From positions 100,150 to 164,149 of the forward strand of contig CAZCGN010000001.1 of assembly GCA_964498285.1 (NCBI GenBank): 64,000 nt of DNA. Direction: 5' to 3'. The notes under the pieces are model-generated. The model was given only the letters and a program-made list of their open reading frames with translations. It was not told the DNA's origin and ran no database searches. The DNA comes from an uncultured Methanosarcinales archaeon (GTDB lineage: Archaea; Nanobdellota; Nanobdellia; Woesearchaeales; GW2011-AR9). Each line of letters begins with the position of its first letter. Within the stretch, counting starts at the first letter, position 1. The position numbers were made by a program, and so were the translations under genes. Of this stretch, positions 48,715 through 60,747 are shown one piece after another.

Positions 48715-49416
48715 ATGGTGGAAAACTCGGGACCTTTTATTTCTGTGATTATTCCTGCACACAACGAGGAAAAGTACATTGCAAAGACGCTTTCCTCAGT
48801 GTTTAGCCAAAACTACCCGTTATTTGAAATCGTAGTAGTGCCAAATGGATGTACAGATAACACCCAAAAAGTCGTTCAAGCAGCTATTAAAGGTTCTAGT
48901 GCTAAAACCAAGATCTTAAATGTTTCACAAAAAGAGGCCCATGTGAGTAAGGCACGTAATAAGGGAGCATCAATTGCCAAAGGTGAGATTCTGGTCTTTT
49001 TGGATGCAGACACTCTTCTTGCAGATAACGCACTTTCTACTATTGCAAAAAAGTTCACTGTAAAACGTAGTGTTGGCACGCTTCATTTTGTCCCAGATAC
49101 TAAAAGAGTACAGCATTCCCTAGTTGCAGCATACCAAAATTTCATTCATACTACAAAAATTCACAAAGGGGCCTCAGGAGTTTTCATCTGCCACAAAAAT
49201 CATTTTGAGCAAGTTGGTGGGTTTAATAAAGATCTAAAGCTTTTTGAGCACAAAGATTTGCAAAAAAGGTTGTCTGTGTTTGGTAGTTATACAAAACTAA
49301 GCGCTGACGCCATAACCTCTATGCGAAGATACACAAACAGAGGAATTCTTAAAAACATAGCCTTCTGGGTTAAAGCATTAGGACAAAAAGAAAACACATA
49401 TGAGGCGATACGATGA
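48715..49416 (+). CDS. family-2 glycosyltransferase
   Basis: ISVIIPAHNEEKYI, VVVPNGCTDNT, LDADT (DxD). Confidence 0.75.
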   Translation: MVENSGPFISVIIPAHNEEKYIAKTLSSVFSQNYPLFEIVVVPNGCTDNTQKVVQAAIKGSSAKTKILNVSQKEAHVSKARNKGASIAKGEILVFLDADTLLADNALSTIAKKFTVKRSVGTLHFVPDTKRVQHSLVAAYQNFIHTTKIHKGASGVFICHKNHFEQVGGFNKDLKLFEHKDLQKRLSVFGSYTKLSADAITSMRRYTNRGILKNIAFWVKALGQKENTYEAIR

Positions 49417-49991
49417 TCATTAGCATTTCAGGAACTCCTGGTAGTGGGAAAAGTACGATTGCAAAGGGTTTAGCCAAGATGTTTGGGATAGAAAGAGTGT
49501 ATGCAGGAGGTGAATTTCGCCAACTTGCAAGAAAGATGAACATGACAGCCGAGGAACTTAATGAATATGCGAAAGGCCGTGAAGAGATTGATAGAGAACT
49601 TGACCAAGCAGTGAGTACAAAGGCAAGAGAACTTGCAAAAAGAGATGGCAGCGCCATTGCAGAAGGAAGAACTATGTACCACTTTATCCCTGAGTCACTA
49701 AAACTCTACATCAAAGTTGATCCAAAAGAGGCTGCAAAACGGATTTGGAAAGATCTCCAAGATACACAAGCAAGCCAAGATCGAAATGAGGATAGCGTAG
49801 AATCAGTTGAAGCAACACAAGAAAAAATAGAAGTTAGACAAACAAAAGAAGTTGCGCGCTATAAAGTCGTGTATAAAACAGACATTTCTGATGAAAGTAA
49901 TTACGATTTTGTTTTAGACACAACAAACATTACAGCAGATGAGGCAACACAAAAAGTTGCTGAGTTTATTAGATCAAGAAAGGAGACCTGA
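49413..49991 (+). CDS. cmk: cytidylate kinase, archaeal type
   Basis: MIISISGTPGSGKSTIAKGLA P-loop. About 190 aa. Confidence 0.7.
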   Translation: MIISISGTPGSGKSTIAKGLAKMFGIERVYAGGEFRQLARKMNMTAEELNEYAKGREEIDRELDQAVSTKARELAKRDGSAIAEGRTMYHFIPESLKLYIKVDPKEAAKRIWKDLQDTQASQDRNEDSVESVEATQEKIEVRQTKEVARYKVVYKTDISDESNYDFVLDTTNITADEATQKVAEFIRSRKET

Positions 49992-49994
49992 AAA

Positions 49995-50585
49995 ATGAAA
50001 ATATTTCTAATTAGACATGGTGAGACTACAGGAGACATTGAAGATCGTTTTGGTGGAGATTATGATGATCACCTAACGCAAGAAGGTGTTGAGCAAGCAA
50101 AGAAACTGGCATCTCAGCTTGAAGAAAAAAAGATAGAAGTTGTATTTCACAGTCCAAGACACAGGGCAACTGAAACTGCAGACATTGTTGCAAAAACACT
50201 TAACGTTCCTTCAAAGGTTGTCGAAAATATTAGAGAAAGAAATAATTATGGGATTTTAACGGGGATGACAAAAACTGAAGCTAAGCAAAAGCACCCAGTA
50301 GAATATGAAAAACTCACTATTTCTAAAACCCATCATGATGTTAAAGAATCAGAAAGTTATGAAGAGCTTAAGAAAAGAATAATACCTGCTTTTGAAGAGA
50401 TCGAATCTAATAAATTCAATGTTATAGCAATTGTATCACATGGCGGCGTTATAAGTACCCTCGTTAGAGAGTTTTTTAAATTTGGAACTTCTGTGAAGTT
50501 AGACGACTGTTCATATATTGAACTAGAAAGAAAAGAAGGCAAATATATGCTAATCTCATCTGAGGGGGTATCAATCTCTAACTAA
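49995..50585 (+). CDS. histidine phosphatase (phosphoglycerate-mutase-like) family protein
   Basis: N-terminal RHGET catalytic motif (IRHGETTGD) and a downstream SHGG. Confidence 0.6.
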   Translation: MKIFLIRHGETTGDIEDRFGGDYDDHLTQEGVEQAKKLASQLEEKKIEVVFHSPRHRATETADIVAKTLNVPSKVVENIRERNNYGILTGMTKTEAKQKHPVEYEKLTISKTHHDVKESESYEELKKRIIPAFEEIESNKFNVIAIVSHGGVISTLVREFFKFGTSVKLDDCSYIELERKEGKYMLISSEGVSISN

Positions 50586-51124
50586 TCAAACACCATACTA
50601 TGCCAATTTACACCATATACCTCTTCAATTGTTTTCTTCTCACCCTCTGGAGTTGTTCTATGATTATGTAGCTCAAACAGGGAAAGCGCTTCCTGAACAT
50701 GTCCTTCACTTTTCCCTTCAATTTCAAGCCATGCAGGAATATTTGGATATTGGTCCAAGTCAAATCGCCAATCCTGATATGTCCAAGAAAGCCTATTCTT
50801 TTCTTGATGTGCATACTTTTCAAGGCCAATTGCTTCAAAGAGTTTTGCAAGTGCCTTATGATCATTAATAGCTAGGTTAATTTCTTGATGCTTTGATGTT
50901 GCTCCCTGAAATGTTCTGTGTGATTTCCAGGTAGCTTCAATTTTTCCACTAGAATCGCTTCTAATTCTTAGAAACCAAGGGCACTCGTTATCTTGTGTTC
51001 CTAGTGGCCTGAACCAATCAACAGAAAAACGTGTATCAAGAACTTTAGTTGCGCCAAGCTCTTCAAGTCTTTTTGCAACTTTAACAACATCAACATCAAG
51101 AACTTTTGTTTCAATTTCGTGCAT
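50582..51124 (-). CDS. CYTH-domain protein (triphosphate tunnel metalloenzyme/class IV adenylyl cyclase-like)
   Basis: N-terminal HEIETKVL (ExExK) motif. Length 180 aa. Confidence 0.55.
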   Translation of the reverse strand: MHEIETKVLDVDVVKVAKRLEELGATKVLDTRFSVDWFRPLGTQDNECPWFLRIRSDSSGKIEATWKSHRTFQGATSKHQEINLAINDHKALAKLFEAIGLEKYAHQEKNRLSWTYQDWRFDLDQYPNIPAWLEIEGKSEGHVQEALSLFELHNHRTTPEGEKKTIEEVYGVNWHSMVFD

Positions 51125-51218
51125 GTGATCTTTAGAAAATCCACACTTTTAAAGATTATTGGGGTGAAAAAGAATATAGGTCATAAGATTTATAACTTAA
51201 ATTTGCAAATGAACAGGT

Positions 51219-51704
51219 ATGAGTATAGATTCACTTCCAGTTCTACAAATTGCTATGACCCATAGAGGATTTCGAGATGAACCATTCTATGCTCTTGCAT
51301 TACACGAGCTCAAAAGAAATCATATCAAGAGATGTAGAATGTTAACTGATAACCCTACTTCTGATCTTTCCTTTGTTGCTCAATTAATTGCCGAAAGCTA
51401 CCTTGACCCCTATACTATTGGAGGAGGGAAAATTCTTCTATACAATGCGCCCCTCCCTTTTAGAGCTGGCCCTCGCTTTAAAGGAGCTCAAGAAATTCTT
51501 GAAATTGATGACACTATAGTTACACTAGGAGCATTTGAAGAGACAAACGAGATTAATAGAAACCAACTTTTGTACCTTAGTTGCTCTTTGCAAAGATTAT
51601 TTGATGCGCATAATGCAAGGCATGCATCACAAAGAGCTCAAAAAGTAAGAGGTGTCCTCGCTCTTCAAACAGAGTCTCCAGAAGGAGCATTTCTCTATCA
51701 TTAG
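51219..51704 (+). CDS. hypothetical protein
   Basis: 161-aa ORF with no motif recognised. Confidence 0.35.
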   Translation: MSIDSLPVLQIAMTHRGFRDEPFYALALHELKRNHIKRCRMLTDNPTSDLSFVAQLIAESYLDPYTIGGGKILLYNAPLPFRAGPRFKGAQEILEIDDTIVTLGAFEETNEINRNQLLYLSCSLQRLFDAHNARHASQRAQKVRGVLALQTESPEGAFLYH

Positions 51705-51749
51705 TTGGTGGGTAAAATTTATAAACCCCTCACCCTCCTTCCCAAAACT

Positions 51750-52448
51750 ATGACAAACACTATTGTAAAACATGATTTTATCGAGCTTGACTATACCGGC
51801 AAATTAGTAGATGGAAGAGTGTTTGATACTACCAGAAAAGAAATTGCTGAAAAAAGTCAGTTACAATCACACAATAAGACATTTGATCCAATCACGATTT
51901 GTGTTGGTGAAAGCCAAGTAATCGCGGGATTTGATGAAGCTCTAGTTGGAAAAGAAATTGGTAAAGAATATTCAGTAACTGTTCCTATGGCAAAAGCGTT
52001 TGGCAAAAAGGATGTTAAAAAAGTACAACTTGTGCCATTAGCAACTTTCAAAGAACATAAACTCAACCCCCATCCTGGCCAACAGGTAGATTTTGATGGT
52101 AAAATCGGAACTGTTATGCGAATTTCTGGGGGTAGAGTTATGGTGAATTTTAACCATCCGCTTGCAGGAAGAGATCTGGTGTATGAATTTAAGATAAAAA
52201 GTAAAATTGAAAAAGATTCAACAAAAATTGCTGCATTTATTGCAAACATCCTGCAAATGGATAAAAGATTTATTACAGTTGAGATGAAAGAAGCTACTGC
52301 AAGCATCAAAATTCCATTCGAAATGCCAAAACCTCTACAGGATGCTATTACAAAAAAGCTTACAGAAGTCCTGCCAAAAGTTAAGAGTCTTGAATTTAAA
52401 GCAACAGAACAACACAAGCACGACGAAAACTGTAAGCATGACCATTAA
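51750..52448 (+). CDS. FKBP-type peptidyl-prolyl isomerase (SlyD-like, with IF insert and His/Cys-rich C-terminal tail)
   Basis: DFIELDYTGKLVDGRVFDTT FKBP core. Tail EQHKHDENCKHDH. Confidence 0.75.
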   Translation: MTNTIVKHDFIELDYTGKLVDGRVFDTTRKEIAEKSQLQSHNKTFDPITICVGESQVIAGFDEALVGKEIGKEYSVTVPMAKAFGKKDVKKVQLVPLATFKEHKLNPHPGQQVDFDGKIGTVMRISGGRVMVNFNHPLAGRDLVYEFKIKSKIEKDSTKIAAFIANILQMDKRFITVEMKEATASIKIPFEMPKPLQDAITKKLTEVLPKVKSLEFKATEQHKHDENCKHDH

Positions 52449-52593
52449 AACCAAAAATGTGGTATTACGCCTTTATTCTGGATAATCAACAACAATAATC
52501 TTTAAATACCTCTTTTGGCACAAAAATTCCTTATAGAAGAGAGGGGGATAGAGATAACTTCTAACTGGTTTACTCATCCTACATTTAGTCAAC

Positions 52594-53787
52594 ATGGAAA
52601 CATACATTAATCAGAATCAAGGACAACAACAGCCATCGTACAACCAGCAAAATCAAGCACAGCGAGTTGAACCTGCTCAAGAGCAGCCAAGACCAACTGT
52701 TACGATGAGCGCGCAGCCAATTTCTCATTCTCAGGTTAATAGTGATGTTGATGATGAACTTCGAAGGCTTATTGAAGCACACAAAACTCGCATTAAAGTT
52801 ATCGGGTGTGGTGGTGGAGGAAACAATACAGTAAACAGGATCGCAGAAGTGGGTATTAAAGGCATCCAAACAATCGCGATCAATACAGATGCGCAAGATC
52901 TTCTCTACACAACAGCCGATAAAAAATTGCTTATTGGAAAAGAGCTCACTAAAGGACTCGGTGCTGGATCCAATCCTCGAATTGGTGAGGAAGCTGCACG
53001 TGAAAGCGAGCATGATCTCAAAAAACTGATGGAAGGAGCTGACATGATTTTTATTACTTGTGGCTTAGGTGGTGGAACTGGAACTGGTTCAGCACCATAC
53101 ATCGCGCAGATTGCAAAGAAAATGGGACTTTTAACAGTAGGAATTGTTACGATCCCCTTTAGTATGGAAGGAAACCACCGGTTTGAGAATGCAATGATCG
53201 GACTTGAGAAAATGGAACAAGACATCAATACACTTATTGTTATTCCAAACGAAAAATTGCTGGACTTAGCTCCAAACCTTCCACTCCACACCGCATTCAA
53301 AGTTGCAGATGAAATTTTAACAAACTCTGTTAAGGGCATAGCTGAATTAGTAACAAAAACCGGGCTTGTAAACCTTGATTTTGCTGATGTAAAAGCTATT
53401 ATGAGTGAAGGTGGTGTTGCACTGATTGGTGTTGGTGAATCTGACTCAGAAGACGCTGCAGGAGAAAGCGTACAAAAGGCGTTAGATAACCCTTTAATTG
53501 ATGTTGACATTTCAAATGCAACTGGAGCACTCATTAACATCTCTGGTGGAGAAGCATTAACGCTTGACGATTCTCGTAAAATTGTAGAAACCATTGGAGA
53601 GAAGCTCTCAGATAACGCAAAAATTATTTGGGGAGCTCAAATCTACAAAGATTTAGAAAAAACCATTCGAACAATGCTTATTGTAACTGGAGTTAATTCA
53701 GAACAGATTTTTGGCCCTGAAAGAAGTTACATTGGCAAAAAACGCGGTGCAATTGAAAACGAACTTGGAATTGAGTTCATGGATTAA
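52594..53787 (+). CDS. ftsZ: cell division GTPase FtsZ with Gln/Asn-rich N-terminal extension
   Basis: GCGGGGNN, tubulin signature GGGTGTG, and the T7 loop. The N-terminal 55 aa are Q/N-rich low complexity. Confidence 0.85.
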   Translation: METYINQNQGQQQPSYNQQNQAQRVEPAQEQPRPTVTMSAQPISHSQVNSDVDDELRRLIEAHKTRIKVIGCGGGGNNTVNRIAEVGIKGIQTIAINTDAQDLLYTTADKKLLIGKELTKGLGAGSNPRIGEEAARESEHDLKKLMEGADMIFITCGLGGGTGTGSAPYIAQIAKKMGLLTVGIVTIPFSMEGNHRFENAMIGLEKMEQDINTLIVIPNEKLLDLAPNLPLHTAFKVADEILTNSVKGIAELVTKTGLVNLDFADVKAIMSEGGVALIGVGESDSEDAAGESVQKALDNPLIDVDISNATGALINISGGEALTLDDSRKIVETIGEKLSDNAKIIWGAQIYKDLEKTIRTMLIVTGVNSEQIFGPERSYIGKKRGAIENELGIEFMD

Positions 53788-54239
53788 TAATTCCACATCT
53801 CATCACCAACGTAGTGAATATTTTTGATAACTTTTCCTTTTTCTAGTTTTTGCATGTCCTCAGATGAGCCAAGAGCAACACCTACTGCTAATGTCTTTCC
53901 ATTGTTCTCATCAACTATGACAATGGCTTCATTTTTTTCTATTCCATCCTCAATCTCAGTTATCCCTGGCCTCATGATATCTGCGCCACCAACAACAAAC
54001 TTGACCGCCCCCATATCGACAACTACTCTCTTTAGCACTATTTTTTCTTGCAAGAAGCGAAGTGTTGGAAGCAAAATATTTTCATAATAAAAGAAAGAAC
54101 AGACACCGTTCACATAAAATCCCTTAAAGCCAGTTTCTTTATCTTGCGCTTTTTCAACAGAATCTTTTTTAGAGAATTCAACTCCATACAAGGAGAGTAG
54201 ATTATTCAGCTCTTTTGCCTTCATACGTGTACGTTTCAT
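53784..54239 (-). CDS. PUA-domain RNA-binding protein
   Basis: C-terminal PUA pattern VVVDMGAVKFVVGGADIMRPGI...AIVIVDENNGKTLAVG. Confidence 0.5.
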   Translation of the reverse strand: MKRTRMKAKELNNLLSLYGVEFSKKDSVEKAQDKETGFKGFYVNGVCSFFYYENILLPTLRFLQEKIVLKRVVVDMGAVKFVVGGADIMRPGITEIEDGIEKNEAIVIVDENNGKTLAVGVALGSSEDMQKLEKGKVIKNIHYVGDEMWNY

Positions 54240-54272
54240 AAGAAAAAGAAAAACAGAATTGATATTTAAAGA

Positions 54273-56249
<1,977 letters not shown>

Positions 56250-56371
56250 TTAAATCACCCCAATATAAGATTAGAAAACCATCCTTTATCGTCGATAAAT
56301 CACAAAGTAGAAGAGAATTTTAGGCTTTATAAAGTTGTTGGTTTTGTGGTGATTTTCAAGAAAAACTAGAC

Positions 56372-57448
56372 CTACACTTCATCAGTTCGCCAGTGAGGAT
56401 TCACATCAAATGAGCGCCTTTCCTCATCGCGCCTCAAGTACCCTTCCCATGCAATCATTGCTCCTTGATCCCCTGCTAAACTCATTGGAACCTTAAAGAA
56501 TGTTGCACCTCGTGCATTGCACATGCTGTTAAGCATTTCGCAAAATCGCTTTGAAGCCCCTACTCCGCCTACCAAAATAAGTTCTTTCTTATCTGTGTGG
56601 GCAAGCGCCCGTTCAGCAATTTCTGTTGCCATGGCAAAGGCAGTTTCAGTTAAGGAGAAACAAAGATCTTCTTTGGTTATCTTTTGATTTTCATTTCTTT
56701 CAACTATGTTTTGTAAGAGAGTATCTTTACTTTTGGCATCTTGAAGGTATGCTGTCCCTTTTGATGACAATTCTTTCCACGTTGGGCGCCTTTCCCATAA
56801 TTGCATGCACCTCGTTAAAAGACCAGAAAAGCTCGTATCCATTCCTTTCACAGTATAGGGTAATTCCACATATTTCCCTGATTTAGCTAGCATATCAATT
56901 TGCTTTCCTGCAGGAAAGCCTAGATTTAAGACTCTTCCAAATTTATCAAACATATTACCCATACCAATATCCAATGTCTCACCAATTACTCTGTATTTGC
57001 CACCATCATAAATGAGGACCTGCGTATTCACACCAGAGACATATAGATAGACCGGATCTTTTGCCTTATTGATAACTTTTCCAATGCTTAGGTGTGCTGC
57101 ACAATGATTGACTTGAACCAGCTTTTTCCCATGTTCTTTCGCCCATTCTTGCGCTTTATGAAACCCTGCCCACAACACAGGGTCAAGTCCTGGGCCAGCT
57201 GAGTATGTCATAAGTTCAATATCCTTCCAGCTAACACCTGCTTCTTCAAGCGCTTTAGAAAGAACCTTTCCAGCTACCTCGTTGTGATGATCAGCAATCT
57301 CATTGGGAATCATGCCTTTATCTGGTGAAGAATAACTATCCATTACATTTGCAAGAACTTCACACTGACCCCTATCAGAATCGCCCGTTGCGTTTATTAT
57401 TCCAACTCCAAAGGTATGTGCTGTTGTCTCAATGCCTAACACTATCAT
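56372..57448 (-). CDS. kae1: tRNA N6-adenosine threonylcarbamoyltransferase Kae1
   Basis: GIETTAHTFGVGI, HCAAH metal-binding motif, ASKH fold. Length 358 aa, not fused to Bud32. Confidence 0.85.
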   Translation of the reverse strand: MIVLGIETTAHTFGVGIINATGDSDRGQCEVLANVMDSYSSPDKGMIPNEIADHHNEVAGKVLSKALEEAGVSWKDIELMTYSAGPGLDPVLWAGFHKAQEWAKEHGKKLVQVNHCAAHLSIGKVINKAKDPVYLYVSGVNTQVLIYDGGKYRVIGETLDIGMGNMFDKFGRVLNLGFPAGKQIDMLAKSGKYVELPYTVKGMDTSFSGLLTRCMQLWERRPTWKELSSKGTAYLQDAKSKDTLLQNIVERNENQKITKEDLCFSLTETAFAMATEIAERALAHTDKKELILVGGVGASKRFCEMLNSMCNARGATFFKVPMSLAGDQGAMIAWEGYLRRDEERRSFDVNPHWRTDEV

Positions 57449-57499
57449 AGAACAGTATAGAAAAGATGCTATTTAAAAAAATAATGGAAAAAAAGAATA

Positions 57500-58720
57500 T
57501 TATGGTCCTCCAGAGCTGCTGCTAGATGATGAACTACTGCTCGATGAACTAGAACTGCTTGAGCTGGACGAAGAGCTACTACTGTTGCTAGAAGACGTGT
57601 TTGTTACATTTAGATTCGGAACACAGTTATAGGTAGAATCACACAGTTCATCTACTAAGCAATCAGTATCCTCAGCACACATGACTGGCACAAAATTTAT
57701 CACAGCAGAAGTTGTGTCAAGTTTATAGTAATGGCCCGGCTGGTTGTTCGTCTCATTAACTTCAACTACAGTATTAAGATCATCAATATCATAATGGACA
57801 TAAACTGGTGCAAAACTATAATCATACAAACCCTGCAAGACTGGAAGAATGTTACTATTTATGGGGTATAATCCACTAGAAGCAGATTGATGAGATAATA
57901 TTTGAATTCCAGCGGGTGCAAGCGAAAAAGAAGTCAAAGCCTGCTGAGCTGCTGCAAACCTTCCTTGTGAAGGAGAAATTGTTTGGTTTTGCTTGACGTA
58001 ACACAAAGATCTATAATAAGGACTTGAGGCAAAGATAGCATCAGCATTCCCAATATTCTCAATACCACAAACAACATCTACAACAAAGTTAGCACCCCAA
58101 TCAATTACTTGGTTATTGAAGATATATGCATCCCCACTCATTCCAATAGAGGTTGTTCCTTCATGCATGGTTAGATCTGCTCCAATAACAGCACATACAG
58201 GATCGTTAGTACAATCACTATCAGCACAGTCAATATCACCATCAAGGTCATTATCTATAGTATCATCACAGGTTATCTCGCTCGGGGTTACCACAACAGA
58301 AGGGACACACTCTCCACTTACACAAGTAGCACCAGTTGATGCACAATCATACACTCTTCGTGCAATGTAGTCCCCTTGAGGTTTTGAGTAACAGTAATAT
58401 TCTATCAATCTTTCTGGTTGAGAAGATGTTGGTGAACAAACATCATCACGAAAAGGACTCCAACTATAACTTGCCGTCCCAAAGACATCATACGTTAACC
58501 CGCCATCCGTATCAGTACAGTCTGCAGTATTGGAGGCTGTTGCCTGGCCTGCAAGAGCTCCTCTCTCACCAGTATCTGCCCCTTCAATATCTACTATTTC
58601 TTCTTCTTCAGGTAACTCTTCTAAACCTTCCTGGGGTACTTCACAAGATATCACCAATAAGCTGCCAACCAATACTAAAGCAACCAATAAGAATATTTTA
58701 TAACGTAATCTCTCAACCAT
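57500..58720 (-). CDS. secreted Cys-rich protein with CARDB-like region and C-terminal poly-Ser tail
   Basis: Signal peptide MVERLRYKIFLLVALVLVGSLLVISC. The Asp/Cys motif CDDTIDNDLDGDIDCADSDC is the same motif seen in the giant protein. NETNNQPGHY is CARDB-like. The C-terminus is about 35 consecutive Ser followed by GGP. Confidence 0.6.
   Translation of the reverse strand: MVERLRYKIFLLVALVLVGSLLVISCEVPQEGLEELPEEEEIVDIEGADTGERGALAGQATASNTADCTDTDGGLTYDVFGTASYSWSPFRDDVCSPTSSQPERLIEYYCYSKPQGDYIARRVYDCASTGATCVSGECVPSVVVTPSEITCDDTIDNDLDGDIDCADSDCTNDPVCAVIGADLTMHEGTTSIGMSGDAYIFNNQVIDWGANFVVDVVCGIENIGNADAIFASSPYYRSLCYVKQNQTISPSQGRFAAAQQALTSFSLAPAGIQILSHQSASSGLYPINSNILPVLQGLYDYSFAPVYVHYDIDDLNTVVEVNETNNQPGHYYKLDTTSAVINFVPVMCAEDTDCLVDELCDSTYNCVPNLNVTNTSSSNSSSSSSSSSSSSSSSSSSSSSSSSGGP
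57506..57598. repeat. imperfect trinucleotide (AGC/TCN-type) coding repeat encoding the poly-Ser tail
   Basis: Seen directly; lies within the 3' end of the 57500-58720 CDS. Confidence 0.6.
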
Positions 58721-58806
58721 TCAACCTACACCTCTTTGACTTAAACTAAAGAGATAGAAGAAAAAGAACTATTTAAAGATATCTAAATGAAAGAAGATCT
58801 GAATAG

Positions 58807-59406
58807 TTACTTACTACTCACAGCTTGCCGTTCTAAATCACGCTTCTTTGCAATTGCTGCACTTTTACCGTTTCGTTCAGCTGCTGCAATAATCTCATCA
58901 GCAAGAGCCTGTACAATTGATTTTCTCTTATTAAACGACTTTGCATAGGCACCCTGCGTCATGTACCTAAGTGCTAAGTCGACTCGTCTTTGTGGTGCTA
59001 CATCAACTGCTTTAGGATACCTTGCACCACCATACTCGATCGCGATAACTTCTTCACGTGGTGCCGCATTTTCAACTGCTCGAACAAGAATTGCAATTGG
59101 ATTCTCTTTTAATTTTTTCTCAGCTAAGATTAATGCGTTTTCAACTACTTTAAGTGCACCGTTTTTTTTACCAGTGTTATGTCCAGAACTCATAAAATGT
59201 TCTTTTCCTTTATGACCTGAGTTCATTAATTTAACTGCTAATCTTTCTACAATAGACGTGTATGATTTATGAAACCTGTTTCCAGCATACCGAGCACCAG
59301 TCTTAGGTACAATGCGTGGGCTTAACGTGATATAACGTTTAAGACCAGCGTCAGTTACAACTATTCCTGCTGAGCTCCATCTGTTGAAAAATTTAAGTTC
59401 TACCAT
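58807..59406 (-). CDS. rps7: 30S ribosomal protein uS7
   Basis: Conserved S7 pattern (RVDLALRYMTQGA..., NAAPREEV). Position follows S12. Confidence 0.9.
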   Translation of the reverse strand: MVELKFFNRWSSAGIVVTDAGLKRYITLSPRIVPKTGARYAGNRFHKSYTSIVERLAVKLMNSGHKGKEHFMSSGHNTGKKNGALKVVENALILAEKKLKENPIAILVRAVENAAPREEVIAIEYGGARYPKAVDVAPQRRVDLALRYMTQGAYAKSFNKRKSIVQALADEIIAAAERNGKSAAIAKKRDLERQAVSSK

Positions 59407-59408
59407 TT

Positions 59409-59828
59409 CTATCGTCTCGCCTTCTCTAGCTTTCCACCAAGAAGTGCTGCTAAACTCTGATCATTCACTTTGATTACTTGCCAACGTACACCAGGAATAT
59501 CGCCTTTTGCACGCCCCATTTTTCCACCAATACACTCGATGATAACTTCGTCGTGTTCGTTGATTTGTTTTTGGGCACCGTCTCCAGGCATAAAAGCTGT
59601 TACCTGCTTACCATTCTTTACAAGCTGTACCCGTGCACATTTTCGCATAGCGGAATTTGGCTGCTTTGCTTCAATTTGTACCTTTTCAAGAACAATTGCT
59701 TTTGCTTGAGATGAACCTACTAATGGGTCTACTTTCTTTTTACGAACAGTCCGTCTAATCTTCTTATAGGTCTTACGCCTCTTAACAAGACTTTTTCCAG
59801 CTCCTAATCCTCGTGCTTTTTTACCCAT
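59409..59828 (-). CDS. rps12: 30S ribosomal protein uS12
   Basis: [13 protein letters not shown] and [14 protein letters not shown] are S12 signatures. Confidence 0.9.
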   Translation of the reverse strand: MGKKARGLGAGKSLVKRRKTYKKIRRTVRKKKVDPLVGSSQAKAIVLEKVQIEAKQPNSAMRKCARVQLVKNGKQVTAFMPGDGAQKQINEHDEVIIECIGGKMGRAKGDIPGVRWQVIKVNDQSLAALLGGKLEKARR

Positions 59829-59932
59829 TTGTATACCTATCTCAGAGGTTTATTTATAAAGATTTCTAAAATCCCGAGAGTATTTTGAGACCAGAAATGA
59901 ATACCTTTTCATCCATCAAATCACAGAAACGC

Positions 59933-60349
59933 TTACTCAATTTTCAGCTCTTTGCCAAAAAACCGGCTCACAATCTCACTTAATATCTTCAGATTACTTC
60001 CACCACGGCCGATGATTTTACCCTTCGTTGTTTTTTGACTTTCGATAATAACAATTGCATCATCTCTTTCTTCAATAGATTCAACTTTAAGAGGGTAAAT
60101 GAGCCTTTCAACAAAAGTTTGTGAAGATGAGCTAAACTCAACGATTCGAATCTTTTTATTCAAACGTTGTTGTAACCTTCGAACATTTTCAGCGCCTTTC
60201 CCCAGCGCTTTGCCTAAAAATCCAGGATTTACAATAAAGTAGATGGCATCTTCAGTTGGAAAAGAATCGCGAACGTGCGTGCGTGTGATCTTCTCAAAAA
60301 TCGTAGAATACCCTAAATTTTCTAAATCAATTTTAACACGTTGCGCCAT
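59933..60349 (-). CDS. nusA: archaeal NusA-like transcription factor (KH domains)
   Basis: GKALGKGAENVRRLQQ and KIIGRGGSNLKIL are GXXG KH loops. Its position between L30e and S12 is the conserved archaeal order. Confidence 0.75.
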   Translation of the reverse strand: MAQRVKIDLENLGYSTIFEKITRTHVRDSFPTEDAIYFIVNPGFLGKALGKGAENVRRLQQRLNKKIRIVEFSSSSQTFVERLIYPLKVESIEERDDAIVIIESQKTTKGKIIGRGGSNLKILSEIVSRFFGKELKIE

Positions 60350-60382
60350 CCGTTACCTCTTAAAAAGAATATAGTACACCTT

Positions 60383-60682
60383 TCATGCTTTTGCAAGTCC
60401 GATCACACTTACAAAAAAGTTCTTCTTTACAAGAACACCAATTTCCTCATTATCTTGTTCAAGCATGATTATCTCAACTCCTGCAACTTTACAATAATGT
60501 TCAAGATCTTCTTGTAGGTCTTGAGGGGTGTTCTTTGCTAAAAATACTTTTTCAATTTTTCCTTCATTAAGAGCCTTAAGGGTCTCTTTGATGCCAAAAA
60601 GTGCACGACCAGAATCTGCTGCTACTTTTACTTCTTGAACTTTTTCGTCTACTTGTTTTTTTGCCATAACTTCTTTCGCCAA
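60383..60682 (-). CDS. rpl30e: 50S ribosomal protein eL30
   Basis: 99 aa with an L30e/L7Ae-fold pattern. Conserved position downstream of rpoA''. Confidence 0.75.
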   Translation of the reverse strand: MAKEVMAKKQVDEKVQEVKVAADSGRALFGIKETLKALNEGKIEKVFLAKNTPQDLQEDLEHYCKVAGVEIIMLEQDNEEIGVLVKKNFFVSVIGLAKA

Positions 60683-60747
60683 CTTGGAGCGAGGTGAGAC
60701 TTACAAGTCCCACGAATCGACCAAATAGGGCCTCCTTTGAGCTTTAT

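Noticed and set aside
57506-57598. Short tandem trinucleotide repeat that might be mistaken for a CRISPR or minisatellite
   Set aside because: It is in frame within the 406-aa CDS and encodes the poly-Ser tail. No spacer-repeat periodicity of CRISPR type anywhere in the window.
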